Shown: positions 7,953-17,883, numbered from the stretch's first letter. The stretch: 64,000 bases of DNA from Candidatus Uhrbacteria bacterium RIFCSPHIGHO2_02_FULL_46_47 (GCA_001790815.1 MGDU01000018.1:788-64787); one strand, 5' to 3'. The notes: generated from the sequence alone by a model not told the origin. Program-made: numbers and translations.

Positions 7953-8588
7953 CTAAAAGTCAATCCCTTTTTGCGCCTTTATCCCTTTATCATACGGGTG
8001 TTTTACTTTTTGCATTTTTGTTACAAGGTCAGCCAGTTCGGCAAGCTCCGGGTATTCTTTATGTCCGGTCATGATTAAATATACCTCGGGCGGTTTAGCA
8101 CGGATCAACGCTTTGATATCTTCCACACTCAAAAGCGCGCTATCTACCGCTGATAAAATTTCATCTAAAATCACTACATCAAATTCCCATTGCGAAGCAC
8201 TGGGCGACCCAGTGCTTCGCAATATTTTCATCACAAATTCCAATCCTTCGCGCGCGGCTTCTTCATGCTCTTCAATTGGCTTTTTGTCTCCCATGATACG
8301 CACCCATCCTTTTCCAACGATGTGAAATTCCAATTTCCCCTCACCCTCCCCTCTCCCTAAGGGAGAGGGTGGCCGTAGGCCGGGTGAGGGCAACTGCTCC
8401 AACCACTTAAACATCTTTCCCTCCCCGGTTTCCCATCCCGCGTCTTTCCCGCCTTTCATAAATTGCATAAACAGCACGCGCTTGCCTTGCCCCAAGGCGC
8501 GCACCGCCAGTCCCACCGCGGCGGTGCTTTTCCCCTTCCCATATCCCCAATAAATCATCACCAAACCTTTTTGTATATTGATATTCAT
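7953..8588 (-). CDS. cobO: Cob(I)alamin adenosyltransferase, CobO/BtuR type
   Basis: G.GKGKSTAA.GLA.RA.G, QFMKG, ILDEI, TG, ADLVT.M...KHPY.KG..A.KGIDF. Confidence 0.92.
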   Translation of the reverse strand: MNINIQKGLVMIYWGYGKGKSTAAVGLAVRALGQGKRVLFMQFMKGGKDAGWETGEGKMFKWLEQLPSPGLRPPSPLGRGEGEGKLEFHIVGKGWVRIMGDKKPIEEHEEAAREGLEFVMKILRSTGSPSASQWEFDVVILDEILSAVDSALLSVEDIKALIRAKPPEVYLIMTGHKEYPELAELADLVTKMQKVKHPYDKGIKAQKGIDF

Positions 8589-9364
8589 AATTCCATACCG
8601 GCAGCTTTCCATGCTAATTCAAAAATACTCCGATGCGTATCCGCAATTACCGCGCTTTCAATAATAACACCAACCAATTCTTCTTCTTTTAAGGACATAA
8701 TGGCCACCTTATTACCGTATATATTGATCTCCGTTTTAAAAATGAATTCATCCGGGGGTAAAAATCGCGTTTGCGGAATGGCCACTGGGTTAGCTCCGGT
8801 ATAATATCGCGCGTTAAATTTACGAGCAAGCGGCGTATCAGCAGTGATACCGCGCAGTGGAATCCCCAGTTCTGCCCGGCGTTTAGTATAGCTTTTCATA
8901 TAATCTCCAAACACATTTACTAAATCATCAAGAGAAGTAAAATCTAAAATTTCTTTAGGACGACTTGTCAGTGTGTCTTCAAAAATTGTTTTGATCCCTT
9001 CCACTCCTTCATAAAAACGAACGCGGGGCTTGGCCGGTGTTGCACTATATAATAAATTCAATTCCGGAAGCAATAATTCCAGCGCGGTTTTCTTGCTTTC
9101 CAGTTGAGACATTATCGTAGAGGGATTTTCCGCAATAAAAATTTGCTTTTTACCTTCAATAGCGCGACTCACCAGTCCGTCCGCTTCCAGGCCTTGTAGC
9201 ACACTGTACACCGTAGTGCGCTTGATCCTTGCCGCTTTGGCAACCATCTGCACCGGCGCTTTTCCCATTTGCAAAAGTGCGACATATACCGCCGCGCGCT
9301 TTTTATCAAAGCCAAACTGAAGCAAATCCCGCTCTAGTCCTAATTTTGTGGAGTGCTTAAGCAT
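8585..9364 (-). CDS. TrmB-family transcriptional regulator
   Basis: N-terminal wHTH (A.VY.ALL..G...R.TVY..L..L...GLV), P.VRFYEG.EG, EINIYGNKVAI. Confidence 0.85.
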   Translation of the reverse strand: MLKHSTKLGLERDLLQFGFDKKRAAVYVALLQMGKAPVQMVAKAARIKRTTVYSVLQGLEADGLVSRAIEGKKQIFIAENPSTIMSQLESKKTALELLLPELNLLYSATPAKPRVRFYEGVEGIKTIFEDTLTSRPKEILDFTSLDDLVNVFGDYMKSYTKRRAELGIPLRGITADTPLARKFNARYYTGANPVAIPQTRFLPPDEFIFKTEINIYGNKVAIMSLKEEELVGVIIESAVIADTHRSIFELAWKAAGMEL

Positions 9365-9531
9365 AGTGAGTGTCCAAGTTTCCAAACATATACATGATAC
9401 TATGCTAAAAATATGTTGTCAAATTTGGTCAAAAAAATGACGAAAACTATTGACAATACTTATATATGCGGGGTATGATTTTCTATAGAAAGAGTTGCTC
9501 CTTGACAACAACAAACAAGGAGGAGGAGAAA

Positions 9532-9738
9532 ATGAAACATCTCACTGTGGCATTCTACGGCATTGCTCCTCTGCTACTTCAGGGCTGCTACGCCATGGAC
9601 AACGACGGCATGAAATTTGATGATGATTTTGCCGAATTATGCGGATGGCTGGGGATCATCATGTTCTGTATCGCCGTGTTCGGAAAAAGCAAAAGCGGCG
9701 GACTTGCATTCGCAGGGGTGATTCTCATCCTGGCCTAG
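9532..9738 (+). CDS. Small hypothetical membrane protein or lipoprotein
   Basis: Strong SD AGGAGGAGG; upstream TTGACA-17-TATGAT promoter; LLLQGC lipobox-like motif; hydrophobic segments. Confidence 0.6.
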   Translation: MKHLTVAFYGIAPLLLQGCYAMDNDGMKFDDDFAELCGWLGIIMFCIAVFGKSKSGGLAFAGVILILA

Positions 9739-9781
9739 GTTCCCGCCGCAAACAACCTACTCCACACCAAAGGAGGACTCC

Positions 9782-10063
9782 GTGCCGACGAAACACGAAC
9801 TGAACTATGTCGGAGCTGTAACGGCCTTGATCGGCAGCCACGCCGGAATGTTCATCGGGATGGTGGCGCTATTCGATGCCGCCAGGAAAATCGCTCGCGG
9901 AGCACCTGCCGCCGCAACTCTGGATGATATGGCTTGGCCATTCATCTACATGGGATTCATGCTCAGCGCAGTATGCGTGGGCTACCTGGGACTGACCATT
10001 GGCAAAATCATCTGCCACCTCGACTCGTGTCACCTCGACACGCTCCCTCACGACGAAAGATGA
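9782..10063 (+). CDS. Hypothetical membrane protein (two TM)
   Basis: SD AAGGAGG before a GTG start; two hydrophobic helices. Confidence 0.6.
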   Translation: MPTKHELNYVGAVTALIGSHAGMFIGMVALFDAARKIARGAPAAATLDDMAWPFIYMGFMLSAVCVGYLGLTIGKIICHLDSCHLDTLPHDER

Positions 10064-10392
10064 TCTGCTTCTACTCGTACACCCCATTACGAGGAGGTTC
10101 GCAATCAGTGGACGGCTGAAGCGGAAGCAAAAAACCTATGCGAACGCGATGAGCCGGGGGCTACTTGCAGGCAGTGCGACTGCGCGAGATAGTCCCCGCA
10201 CTCCGTTCCACCGCGTCCGTGCGCGCATCCCTCGCCTTCCGCTCCAGCGAGATTCGCGCCACGGCGCTTTTTTTATTTACTCCCTCACCCTACCCTCTCC
10301 CGCGGGGAGAGGAAAAATCAGGAAAATCCATTTATATACCCTCTACCTCTGGGAGAGGGTGCTCCGACCGCGGTCGGAGCGGGTGAGGGTTA

Positions 10393-10725
10393 CTATTTAC
10401 GAAGTTCCGTAAGTATAGTCTCGAGCACAACTTCCGTTTCTCGTACCGCAGTATCTGCACCAAATCGGATGACTCTATACCCATGATTTTCTAAATATCG
10501 CGTTCGTGTAGCATCTTTTTTAACCCTGGCTCCATGTTGACTCCCATCGATCTCAACAATCATACACATTTCTTCACAACAAAAATCCGTAGTATATGGT
10601 CCTACTGGATGCTGGCGCCTAAACTTATAACCGCCTAGTTGTCTATTGCGAATAAAATACCATAACTTATTTTCAGCATCCGTCGCATTATGGCGAAGCG
10701 TGCGAGCGCGTTTGATGGTTTCCAT
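10393..10725 (-). CDS. DUF559 (Vsr-like) endonuclease
   Basis: AR.LR...TDAE..LW..., KFRRQHP.GPY..DF.C, VEIDGSQH, D..R..YL...GY.VIRF. Confidence 0.92.
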   Translation of the reverse strand: METIKRARTLRHNATDAENKLWYFIRNRQLGGYKFRRQHPVGPYTTDFCCEEMCMIVEIDGSQHGARVKKDATRTRYLENHGYRVIRFGADTAVRETEVVLETILTELRK

Positions 10726-10787
10726 ATACCCCCTCACCTATCCTTCGGCCATCCTCTCCCGCGGGGAGAGGAACTAAAATAGTGAAT

Positions 10788-10958
10788 TTATTTGATAAAT
10801 TGTTTCCTCTTCAAAATCTTTAAAATACCACTACCGCACTTTTCACATAGCAACAAATCTTTGAGTAATCCCCATTTTCCACTACCAATACTCACTGCCT
10901 TTTCTTTTGCATTCTGATCTAATTCCTTCTTACAGCTATCGCACTTATACACAAACAT
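10788..10958 (-). CDS. Small CxxC...CxxC zinc-binding protein (56 aa)
   Basis: MFVYKCDSCKK...LLCEKCG. Confidence 0.6.
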   Translation of the reverse strand: MFVYKCDSCKKELDQNAKEKAVSIGSGKWGLLKDLLLCEKCGSGILKILKRKQFIK

Positions 10959-11043
10959 ATATGGCAGAACTTTAAGCGGGGCGTAAAGCCCCGCATGTAC
11001 CCTCACCCTACCCTCTCCCATGGGGAGAGGAATTGGAAAGGGT

Positions 11044-13533
11044 TTACCCGCATCTTGAAAACCCGCAGGCGCCGCATTTGGCGCAACCCTCCTGAAAGGC
11101 CAGCACGCCTCCGCAATCCGGGCAGGCCGGCGCAAAACCATTATCCAGCATGCTCTCGGTTCCTTTTTCCAGTGTAAGTTTTACCGGCTGGGCAAGTTTT
11201 TCATCCGAAACCCCCCATTGCAAATCCAATCTGCTTTGCGAGGATTTCATATGCTTTTCCAAAATCTGCGCAATGGCATCTGGCAACGACAGAATCATCT
11301 CGCCCTTGTACCAAATTGGCTGTGGATCGCGAATGCCTTTAATCTGGCGAATTACTGAATCAATATGCACGCCGCTTCTCAAGGAAAGCGAAATCATGCG
11401 GCAGATTGCCTCAAGATTGGCGGCAAAAAATCCACCGGCCTTGCCCATTTGCGAAAATACTTCAAAAGGACCTTGGTCATCTTCATTTATCGTAATATAA
11501 AGATTACCATAGGCGGTCTTGAGCTTATAGGTCGTACCGCGCAGGATTTCCGGACGCGGACGCGGCTCCAAAACATTTATCGTCTGCGCCGTGGCCGTAG
11601 CGCCATCTGTGGCCTGGCCACTATTGACCGTGGCCTGGCCACGATTAGTTTCTGTTTTCTGATCTTTTCTATTATTCAAATTCAAAACCTGCTCCTCGCG
11701 GCTTCCGTCACGATAAACTGTGCCTCCTTTGCATCCAAGCTCCCAAGCCAACATATAACCGGCCCGCACATCTTCACGCGTCGCGCTATTAGGAAAATTA
11801 ATTGTCTTTGAAATTGAATTGTCCGTATGTTTTTGAAACGCGGCTTGCATTAGAATATGATCTTGGGCCGAGATATCCATGGCGGTCACAAAAGTTTTCC
11901 GCAAATCCTCTGGCAATTCAGTGCGGTGCGCAATGGTGCCGGTTGCTGTCACATCCTCAACAAGCTCATCCGAGTATACTCCGCGCTCACGCAAAGCATT
12001 AACCAAATAAGGATTTACATAATTCAAACTATCCCCTCCCATGATATTTTCTTTTTTGTAAGCCAGAGCAAAGAATGGTTCAACACCTGAAGAACACTCA
12101 AAAAACATAGAGATGGAACCAGTGGGAGCAACGGTCGTGAGCGCGGCATTACGTTGAAGTCTATTTTGACCCTGCGGTCCAAAAATACTCTTTTCCCAAT
12201 TGGGAAACACACTTTTTGTACGCGCCAAATCCTCTGAAGTATCATGCGCCGCGTCATTAACAACCTTCATAACACGCTGTGCGGTTGTCAATCCTGCTTC
12301 GCTATTGTAGGGCACATTCATCTGATAAAGCAGGTCGGCAAAACCCATAATACCAAGACCCACCCGGCGATTGTCGCGAAAACGCGAATTGACTTTTTCA
12401 ACCGGAAAGTCAGAAATATCAATTACATTGTCCAGCATGCGCGTGGCAATCGCGGTCGTGTAGCGCAAATGTTCCTCGTCAATTTTTCCGTCTTTTATAA
12501 ATTTTGCAAGATTGATTGATCCTAAATTGCACACATCGCCATCATGTAAAAACTGTTCACCGCATGGATTTGTCGCTTCCAGCCGTCCCAAATGCGGCAC
12601 GGGATTAGTGCGGTTTGCCGCGTCCGGAAACAGCACGCCCGGCTCGCCGTTTTGCCAAGCTGATTCCACTATTTTATCCATAAGCTCGCGCGCGGTAAGC
12701 GTTACGTCCTCATGCCCCGCATAAGCGCCCCGACTATTTCTCTGAATACGTCGCGGTTTCATTTTCTTTCCTTTCCACTCGCACAGCCACGGCTCTTTGG
12801 AATCCGCGCGCACCTGCTTCATAAATTCGTCTGTCATTCCCACGGATACATTAAAATTCACAATCGTGCCTTCTTTGCGTTTGCAATCTATAAATTCCAA
12901 AATATCCGGATGATCAACGCGCATAACGCCCATATTCGCGCCGTGTCTATTTTGTTGCTTAATCACTCCAAAGGCGGTATTGTAGGCATGCAAAAATGAA
13001 ACTGGTCCGGAGGCTTGCCCGCGGGAAGCCACGGTCATGGTTCCGGCTGGACGAAGCAAATGCCAAGCAAATCCCAGACCTGATCCGGCTTGTTGTAAAA
13101 GCGAGGCATCGCGAAGCGTTGAAAAAATTCCATCCATGCTGTCGTCAAAATGAAGCACGATGCAATTAGCTACCACGCGCGTTGGACCGCCGGCATTGGT
13201 AATTGTGCGTCCAGCTGGCGTAAATTCAAATCGGCTAAGTACTCCGTAAAATTCATTTTCCCAAAATTTCACTTCTTCTTCTGTCGCGCCGTAAGCGCGT
13301 TCCACCTCCGCAAGCGCCCGGGCAATGCGAGAAAACATGCCTTTTGGCGTCTCCACCACTTCCCCCTGCTCATTGCGTACAAGATAACGTTTCTCAATAA
13401 CGCGAATGGCGTTATCGGTAAAACCCAGCTCGCGCCCATCGCGCCAGATCTCCTCTTTGGTTACTGGCTTGGCATTTTGCACTAAATTAACAATGTTTTG
13501 TTTGGAAACTGACGCGGAAACGGATGGCGACAT
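11044..13533 (-). CDS. nrdJ: Adenosylcobalamin-dependent (class II) ribonucleotide reductase with C-terminal TSCPD/Zn-ribbon
   Basis: NC.V, R.GANMG, ATNPCGEQ, CNLGSINL, RR.GLG.MG, T.APTGSIS, SISKTIN, KG.TVYRDGSR, terminal CPDCG...C..CGFSRC. Confidence 0.96.
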   Translation of the reverse strand: MSPSVSASVSKQNIVNLVQNAKPVTKEEIWRDGRELGFTDNAIRVIEKRYLVRNEQGEVVETPKGMFSRIARALAEVERAYGATEEEVKFWENEFYGVLSRFEFTPAGRTITNAGGPTRVVANCIVLHFDDSMDGIFSTLRDASLLQQAGSGLGFAWHLLRPAGTMTVASRGQASGPVSFLHAYNTAFGVIKQQNRHGANMGVMRVDHPDILEFIDCKRKEGTIVNFNVSVGMTDEFMKQVRADSKEPWLCEWKGKKMKPRRIQRNSRGAYAGHEDVTLTARELMDKIVESAWQNGEPGVLFPDAANRTNPVPHLGRLEATNPCGEQFLHDGDVCNLGSINLAKFIKDGKIDEEHLRYTTAIATRMLDNVIDISDFPVEKVNSRFRDNRRVGLGIMGFADLLYQMNVPYNSEAGLTTAQRVMKVVNDAAHDTSEDLARTKSVFPNWEKSIFGPQGQNRLQRNAALTTVAPTGSISMFFECSSGVEPFFALAYKKENIMGGDSLNYVNPYLVNALRERGVYSDELVEDVTATGTIAHRTELPEDLRKTFVTAMDISAQDHILMQAAFQKHTDNSISKTINFPNSATREDVRAGYMLAWELGCKGGTVYRDGSREEQVLNLNNRKDQKTETNRGQATVNSGQATDGATATAQTINVLEPRPRPEILRGTTYKLKTAYGNLYITINEDDQGPFEVFSQMGKAGGFFAANLEAICRMISLSLRSGVHIDSVIRQIKGIRDPQPIWYKGEMILSLPDAIAQILEKHMKSSQSRLDLQWGVSDEKLAQPVKLTLEKGTESMLDNGFAPACPDCGGVLAFQEGCAKCGACGFSRCG

Positions 13534-13621
13534 AAAGTGAAAAAAATACACCCCCTTGGAGAGTTAATTAGTACTTCGTTTACTCATTGTACGCCACCCC
13601 CTCCATAGTGTGTCAAATATC

Positions 13622-13652
13622 AAAAAATCCCCTGCAAATGCGGGGGATTTTT
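13622..13652. terminator. Intrinsic terminator after the ftsA-ftsZ operon
   Basis: AAAAAATCCCC-TGCAAATGCG-GGGGATTTTT. Confidence 0.7.
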
Positions 13653-13709
13653 CACAAAGTGTCGCAAAAATTTTCTGCGCTGTGGATAACGTCATGTGCA
13701 AAACTACTC

Positions 13710-13940
13710 TCACACTCCAGGACGGATCTGATCCTTAAATTCATCCCACCGATTTTGAAGTTCTTCGCGAAGTAAATCCCAATCCTCATCATCATGCAGC
13801 TCGCCAAACGGCTTTTTCTCTTCCAGAACTTGTTCAACCAAATCATCCCATGCTTCTTCACCATACGCGCCCTCGGCCTCGGCCCTTGCGCGTACTTCGT
13901 TATAAAGTTGCTCTGGATTAAATGCTGTGTACTCTACCAT
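13710..13940 (-). CDS. Small acidic hypothetical protein
   Basis: ORF track; 5 nt downstream of ftsZ. Confidence 0.75.
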   Translation of the reverse strand: MVEYTAFNPEQLYNEVRARAEAEGAYGEEAWDDLVEQVLEEKKPFGELHDDEDWDLLREELQNRWDEFKDQIRPGV

Positions 13941-13945
13941 ATTTT

Positions 13946-15136
13946 TTATGATCCGAGTTTGCGGCGAATAAAGGCGGGAATTTCCAAGTCTTCGTCATCG
14001 GTTGGCGCGGCGGCTTTAACTGGCGCGGCTTTGGCTTCTTCGCGCTTGAGCGGTTTTACCTCAAAAGTTTTTGCGGCTTGTTTTTCTTCTTTACGAAACG
14101 GCTTTGGGGAGGGAGGCGTATAGCGAGAAGGTGGCGGGGCAGCGGAGACCGAGCGCATGCCTACAAATGGCGAGGGCTGATTGCTTGGCATAAATCCGGT
14201 GGCTATAACCGTAACCTTCATCTCATCCTTAAGTCCTTCATCTAAGACCGCGCCAAAAATCACTTTTGCGGACGGATCAGCATTGCCGGTAATAAGTTTT
14301 GCGGCCTCATTAACTTCATGCATACTCATTGAGGTTCCGCCAGAGACGGTAAAGAGCACGCCTTTCGCGCCGTCAATTGATATATCAAGAAGCGGAGAGG
14401 CCACCGCGGCTTTCGCGGCCTCGGAGGCACGATTCTCGCCTTGCGCCCGCCCAATACCCATCAGCGCTGAACCGGAGTGCGACATAATGGCTTTTACATC
14501 AGCAAAGTCCACATTAATCAGCCCGGGAATGGTAATCAATTCGGAAATTCCCTGCACGCCTTGGCGAAGCACGTCATCAACCGTATCAAATGCCTCCAGC
14601 AAAGATGTTTTTTTATCAACAATTTGCAAAACTCGATCATTGGGAATTGTAATAATAGTATCCACTTTATCAATAAGTTCGTCATGCGCGCGCTCGGCAA
14701 TTTCACGACGCCCCGCACCCTCAAAGGTAAACGGTTTTGTAACAACCGCAACCGTAAGCGCTCCGGCGTCGCGGGCAAGCTCAGCAACCACCGGAGCCGC
14801 TCCGCTTCCTGTGCCGCCCCCCAGTCCGCAAGTAATAAAAATCATATCCGCGCCTTTAAGAGCGTCGCGAATTTCATTTTGCGATTCTTCAGCCGCGCGC
14901 CGCCCAATTTCCGGATCCATACCGGCACCCAGTCCCCGCGTTACGGTCTTGCCCAATTGCATCTTGGTGGCGGCAAGGCAATAATGCAGGGCCTGCAAAT
15001 CCGTGTTCATGGCAATAAATTCCACGCCGCGAATTTTGGATTGAATCATGCGATTTAGCGCGCTCCCCCCTGATCCTCCAACACCAACTACTTTGATTTT
15101 TGCAAACGTCTCAATTTCTGGTTTGACTTCTGGCAT
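13946..15136 (-). CDS. ftsZ: Cell division protein FtsZ
   Basis: GGGTGSG tubulin motif, INVDFADV, C-terminal DLEIPAFIRRK. Confidence 0.99.
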   Translation of the reverse strand: MPEVKPEIETFAKIKVVGVGGSGGSALNRMIQSKIRGVEFIAMNTDLQALHYCLAATKMQLGKTVTRGLGAGMDPEIGRRAAEESQNEIRDALKGADMIFITCGLGGGTGSGAAPVVAELARDAGALTVAVVTKPFTFEGAGRREIAERAHDELIDKVDTIITIPNDRVLQIVDKKTSLLEAFDTVDDVLRQGVQGISELITIPGLINVDFADVKAIMSHSGSALMGIGRAQGENRASEAAKAAVASPLLDISIDGAKGVLFTVSGGTSMSMHEVNEAAKLITGNADPSAKVIFGAVLDEGLKDEMKVTVIATGFMPSNQPSPFVGMRSVSAAPPPSRYTPPSPKPFRKEEKQAAKTFEVKPLKREEAKAAPVKAAAPTDDEDLEIPAFIRRKLGS

Positions 15137-15137
15137 A

Positions 15138-16391
15138 TTAAGGAATTAAAGACTTAAATAATTTTCTAAGTCCTCCTGTTACGCGGCTAAGACCTTTTAA
15201 ATTGATCATTCGAGAAAGTTTTCCACCGCCGCCTTTGCGCTCCATTTCCGCTCCCCAAACAGTCAGTCCTACCGCGGTTGCAAAAGAAAGGTCGCTTACA
15301 CGGTCAAGAGTTGACGATACTCCGCCCGGATAACCCAAAGAAGCCGGCAAGCGCAATTTTTCTTTGGCCAGCTCAATAAGCCCGGAAAGTTTCGCGCCGC
15401 CTCCGGTAAATACAACGCCGGAGGGAAGCATTCCGGAGCGTCCGATTTTTTTAAGCTCACGGTCAAGTTTTTCAAAAACCTCTTCCATCCGCGCCTGAAT
15501 AATTTCTGCCACGTATTTTCGCGACACAGTTTCCTGCTCGCCCCCGATTTCCTCAAGATTAATCTCTTCTTTCTTGTTAAGTTCTTTGGGAATCGCGGTT
15601 CCATACTCGATCTTCACTCTCTCCGCCACGTCAATTGAGGTTCTAAGTCCAATCGCGATATCCGCGGTTACATGATCTCCTCCAATCGGAATAATGCCGG
15701 TGGTAAGCAGATCTCCTTCTTCAAATACCGCGTAACCTGTTGTTGAACCTCCAATATTTACAACCGCGACTCCCAATTCTTTTTGGCGCGCGGAAGTTAC
15801 CGTCTCCGCGGTTGCCAGAACCGAAAGTACTAGATCTTCAATGTCAAATCCTGTGCGATAGATGCACTTTGTCAAATTCTTGATCTGTGAGGAAAGTCCT
15901 TGAATAATCTGCGCGTCAACCTCCAAACGAATGCCGGTCATACCAACAGGATCTTTAATTCCCGATTGTCCGTCAACCGTAAAACTTTTTGGAATCACAT
16001 GCAAAATTTCGTAGTTCAAAGGAGTGGCCACCGTGCGCGCGGCTTCAATGGCGCGTTCCACATCTTCCTCGGTAATTTCTCCATTTGGTTTTCCCACTGC
16101 CACAACTCCCCGCGATTCCTCAGTCAAAATATGGAGTCCGGAAATGCCTACCCAAGCCCGCTCAAGCGGCGCTCCCAGCATGCGCTCCGCCTTCTCCACG
16201 CAGGAAGACACTGCCGCGGTTGCATCTTCAATTGAAGAAATAACCCCTTTTGAAATACCCGAGGCCGGAACTTCGGAGACGCCGACGATTTGCAGCTCCG
16301 TCTCAGCTCCTGTGGGAACAATTTGTCCCACAGCAAGACGTACTGCAGTTGATCCGATATCAAGTCCGACAACGAAAGGCTCTTGAGGCAT
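15138..16391 (-). CDS. ftsA: Cell division protein FtsA
   Basis: VGLDIGS, P.GM.G.RLE, GG.H.T.DIA, TGGGA.L.G; immediately upstream of ftsZ. Confidence 0.98.
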   Translation of the reverse strand: MPQEPFVVGLDIGSTAVRLAVGQIVPTGAETELQIVGVSEVPASGISKGVISSIEDATAAVSSCVEKAERMLGAPLERAWVGISGLHILTEESRGVVAVGKPNGEITEEDVERAIEAARTVATPLNYEILHVIPKSFTVDGQSGIKDPVGMTGIRLEVDAQIIQGLSSQIKNLTKCIYRTGFDIEDLVLSVLATAETVTSARQKELGVAVVNIGGSTTGYAVFEEGDLLTTGIIPIGGDHVTADIAIGLRTSIDVAERVKIEYGTAIPKELNKKEEINLEEIGGEQETVSRKYVAEIIQARMEEVFEKLDRELKKIGRSGMLPSGVVFTGGGAKLSGLIELAKEKLRLPASLGYPGGVSSTLDRVSDLSFATAVGLTVWGAEMERKGGGGKLSRMINLKGLSRVTGGLRKLFKSLIP

Positions 16392-16574
16392 ACAATTTTC
16401 ACTTTTGGTTTAGTCATCCATCATAAAACAAAAAAACCACTTTGACAAAGCGTCAATGTGGATATATTGAACACAATTTGTGTTCAACCATGATACGAAT
16501 CTACAAATATTTGCGAATCTACGAATATACTAATTCGCATATTTGTTGATTCGTCATTGATTCGCTGATTCGTA

Positions 16575-16931
16575 TCATAAAAAATACGGCACGAAGATAA
16601 GCAATCCCACAATCAGCGCACCAAGCGATGCGATGAGCACCGCGCCGGCCATCAAGTCTTTAATCTCCTGCACCATAGGATGAATACGCGGTTTAAATAC
16701 ATCCACAAACCGCTCTAAAATGCTATTTATCAACTCCAAAGTAAGCACTAAAATTATCAGCAGTAAAAGGGCAATCGCTTGCCACAAAGGAAGTTGAAAC
16801 CAAAATATCAACGCGACAATTACAAGCGCCGCCGCAACTTGAATGCGAAAACTTTGCTCGTATTTCCAGGCAATGACAATACCACGGGCGGCATAACGGA
16901 AACTTTGAAATAGACGACGTAGACTTAACAT
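16575..16931 (-). CDS. dgkA: DgkA-family diacylglycerol/undecaprenol kinase
   Basis: SF.YA..G, E..FR, ELINS.LE..VD, KD..AGAVL. Confidence 0.9.
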   Translation of the reverse strand: MLSLRRLFQSFRYAARGIVIAWKYEQSFRIQVAAALVIVALIFWFQLPLWQAIALLLLIILVLTLELINSILERFVDVFKPRIHPMVQEIKDLMAGAVLIASLGALIVGLLIFVPYFL

Positions 16932-16995
16932 AAATTCACCTAATTCATCTAATTCCTAATTCACCTAATAAAAATTAAAAGGAAAAATTCATAAA

Positions 16996-17388
16996 TTATT
17001 GTTGAATACCCTTCCTGTTTTCCGTTTCTTTCGCTCGTTTAATGATAGTCATAAATATAAGATTAAGCTCGTGTGCTTCTTTCCAGAGTCTTCTCGCTTC
17101 AGAGGTGAATTCCGGACATGCTTTGGATACCATGCGCAGAAAATGCTTTGATTCTTTTGCTTCTTTATTGGCAATAGCCATTTTGTGGATGAAATCTTTA
17201 TTGCTTTCTGCACAATCCGCCTCACAGTAGTTTGCACCTATTGCCGTCGTACATCCTATCAACTGGGGGATAATACGTTTTGTAATCTCATCTTTGGGCA
17301 ATTGCCTGCAAAATACAATCGCATCTTCACCGAATTTAGCCGTTCTTTCTTCTAAATCATAGTGCTTTTTACTTTCCTCCTTTGGCAT
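16996..17388 (-). CDS. Four-helix-bundle protein (23S rRNA IVP/bAvd-like family)
   Basis: DLEERT..F, QL....T.IGANY.EA..A.S.KDF..K..IA.KEA.E. Confidence 0.9.
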   Translation of the reverse strand: MPKEESKKHYDLEERTAKFGEDAIVFCRQLPKDEITKRIIPQLIGCTTAIGANYCEADCAESNKDFIHKMAIANKEAKESKHFLRMVSKACPEFTSEARRLWKEAHELNLIFMTIIKRAKETENRKGIQQ

Positions 17389-17424
17389 TTGGTATTTTAT
17401 TAGGTGAATTAGGTGAATTGTAAT

Positions 17425-17871
17425 TTAGGTGAATTTTCTAAGCACTTTCTCTTCTACCTTTTCCATCTGCTTCGCTTCCTTCTCCTCCTCATGATCATAT
17501 CCTAGCAGATGCAAAAATCCGTGCAAGACAAGACGCGCGATTTCGTAGCGCATAATCCAGCCGTATTTTTTTGCCTCGCGTCTGGCCTCGGGGAAAGAAA
17601 TAAATATATCACCCAGATCCCCCCTCACCCTGCCCTCTCCCCCAGGGAGAGGGGTTGGGGTGAGGGTAGAAAACGACAACACATTCGTCGTCTTGTCTTT
17701 TCCTCTATACTTTTTATTTATTGCGCGCATTTTTTTATCGCCAATAAAACTAATGGATATGGCTACATTGCGCGGACATTGTATTATTTTTACGGCTTGA
17801 TTGACAATCTGTTTCACCGCGCTTTCATATCGCCTTGCCGCTGATACTTCATATCTAACAATGATTTTCAT
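17425..17871 (-). CDS. ybeY: rRNA maturation endoribonuclease YbeY
   Basis: N.KYRGKD..T.VLSF, LGDI.I, HG.LHLLGYDH. Confidence 0.96.
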   Translation of the reverse strand: MKIIVRYEVSAARRYESAVKQIVNQAVKIIQCPRNVAISISFIGDKKMRAINKKYRGKDKTTNVLSFSTLTPTPLPGGEGRVRGDLGDIFISFPEARREAKKYGWIMRYEIARLVLHGFLHLLGYDHEEEKEAKQMEKVEEKVLRKFT

Positions 17872-17883
17872 GATTCATGATTC

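Larger units (their letters stand above)
10281..11031. repeat. Cluster of CCCTCACCC..CCCTCTCCC-n-GGGAGAGG palindromic repeats around the DUF559 gene
   Basis: Copies at about 10281-10313, 10338-10390, 10729-10773 and 10999-11031. Confidence 0.85.

Noticed and set aside
13560-13700. Cobalamin riboswitch or NrdR box upstream of nrdJ
   Set aside because: No convincing B12-box or NrdR palindrome was visible.
16996-17388. Diversity-generating retroelement (Avd-like gene)
   Set aside because: No reverse transcriptase, and I saw no TR/VR pair with adenine-specific mismatches in the window.
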